64,000 nucleotides of DNA, from the NCBI GenBank assembly GCA_965209155.1, contig OZ242383.1, forward strand, positions 3,488,001-3,552,000. Direction: 5' to 3'. Below are positions 63,605 through 64,000 of the stretch, piece after piece. The stretch comes from a bacterium. Lineage in GTDB: Bacteria; SAR324; NAC60-12. The position numbers were made by a program, and so were the translations under genes. Numbering within the stretch: the first letter of the stretch is position 1; each line of letters begins with the position of its first letter. A model generated the notes under the pieces. The model did no database searches and was not told where the DNA came from. It worked only from the letters and a program-made list of their open reading frames with translations.

Positions 63605-64000
63605 AAGTTGCGAAAGTTACCGAACCTTATCATTTCGAATTGGTGAATCAACCCGAGCCCCGGGCTAAAGACGAAAAGGTGGTGGTGAAAATACTCAGCG
63701 CCCCTATGTGCTCCGAATACAGGTCGTATAAAGCCGGACTCAGATTTCCTATGTTGGGTCACGAGGCCGCAGGTGAAGTGGTGGAGGTCGACCGCTCTTC
63801 TAAATTGAAGGTCGGCGATCGGGTGGCCGTTCCGCCTGGTTCCGATCTTTGTGGTGTTTGCGAATATTGTCAATCCGGTGATGTCCTGTTCTGTCAAAAA
63901 AACGTGGACAAAATCCAGGATGTCATCAAATTTGATGAGGGTAATAGTGCTCAGGAAGAGAATTTAAGCGGGACCTGGGCCCAGTATATGCTCAGAGAGG
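63601..64000 (+). CDS. Zinc-binding alcohol dehydrogenase family protein (runs off the window)
   Basis: Manual translation MKVAKV..PMCSE..GHEAAGEVVEV..GDRV..CGVCEYC......FC; ATGA overlap with the previous gene. Confidence 0.85.
   Translation, partial: MKVAKVTEPYHFELVNQPEPRAKDEKVVVKILSAPMCSEYRSYKAGLRFPMLGHEAAGEVVEVDRSSKLKVGDRVAVPPGSDLCGVCEYCQSGDVLFCQKNVDKIQDVIKFDEGNSAQEENLSGTWAQYMLRE

Overview
Bacterial chromosomal window, tentatively of deltaproteobacterial/SAR324-like origin (inferred from gene style only). Housekeeping blocks are pncA-pncB-trkH, thiN, CIRCE-hrcA-grpE-dnaK-dnaJ, recJ, ccr, fadBA, moaE, guaA, gcvH, glycerate kinase, acs, dacB and CIRCE-clpB. They flank an accessory region (~19.7-36.4 kb) holding IS200, IS256, IS66, IS5 and IS1380 remnants, an orphaned m4C methyltransferase, a GC-richer peptide-type ABC transporter and a lone integron attC with a broken PIN-toxin cassette. 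The main finding is a ~562-bp transposase-less element present four times (21226-21787, 35542-36103, 42432-42851 partial, 46685-47250). It has IS200/IS605-type hairpin ends that fit the guide/cleavage-site pairing rule (target TAAT, right end TGAC, no target duplication). In place of tnpA it carries a four-helix-bundle (IVS/Avd-like) gene bracketed by perfect 20-bp inverted repeats, and in one copy this inner gene is flipped across those repeats. No rRNA, tRNA or CRISPR array was seen.
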